IMG/VR virus record: IMGVR_UViG_3300034093_001431
Coordinates: 1 to 63,168 of that record
Length of the DNA: 63,168 nt
From: a virus
Taxonomy: Duplodnaviria; Caudoviricetes
Direction: 5' to 3' (one strand)
Shown: positions 63,070 to 63,168 of the stretch, one piece after another
Numbering within the stretch: position 1 is the stretch's first letter
Layout: each line of letters begins with the position of its first letter
Notes under the pieces: model-generated
The model's input: the letters and a program-made list of their open reading frames with translations, nothing else
Databases searched by the model: none
What the model was told of the DNA's origin: nothing
Made by a program: the position numbers and the translations under genes

Positions 63070-63168
63070 GAGTAGAATAAGGGGGAGTGGAGGGGGAGTC
63101 ACACCGAGCCATGTTTACGCCATCCCTGTTCCACTTTCCACCACAACAGCACCACACCGCACCACTTT
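63070..63168. repeat. Terminal direct repeat (copy 2)
   Basis: Identical to 1-99. Confidence 0.9.

Noticed and set aside
63070-63168. 99-bp terminal repeat as a biological DTR
   Set aside because: Length equals a typical assembler k-mer; more simply a circularity artefact
1-63168. Stop-codon reassignment or a diversity-generating retroelement as seen in some crAss-like phages
   Set aside because: Genes are intact under the standard code; no reverse transcriptase or TR/VR pair seen

Overview
This looks like a complete, circularly assembled lytic phage genome of about 63,069 bp: positions 1-99 repeat exactly at 63070-63168. The host is most likely Bacteroidota, given the many TAnnTTTG promoters, the absence of Shine-Dalgarno sites and a DUF3127-type SSB. 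The + strand carries RepL, groES-groEL, small basic proteins, nucleotide and recombination genes, a lambda-O-like initiator, a primase-helicase, an Acb2/Tad1-like plus Tad2 anti-defence pair, and a crAss-like podovirus head-tail block. That block runs terminase, portal, scaffold, MCP, ring proteins, muzzle, and large ejected cargo proteins with a ferritin inserted among them, followed by lysis genes. The - strand (52.1-62.5 kb) carries small early/middle genes. I see no DNA polymerase, RNA polymerase or integrase. The most striking signal is an RNA-processing architecture in the early operon. Three canonical type I hammerhead ribozymes with identical stem I each overlap the stop codon of one gene and cut just before the next start. 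A minimal acceptor+T-arm tRNA mimic sits in the same kind of position, and a ~310-nt pseudoknotted leader lies upstream. Other highlights are matched Cys-containing C-/N-terminal 'docking' motifs that could chain the cargo proteins, small genes overprinted in +1 frame inside cargo-protein linkers, four GroES-type genes for one GroEL, tRNA-like elements with large inserts, and a kissing-loop attenuator ahead of the replication initiator. All family assignments are from motif recognition, not database searches.
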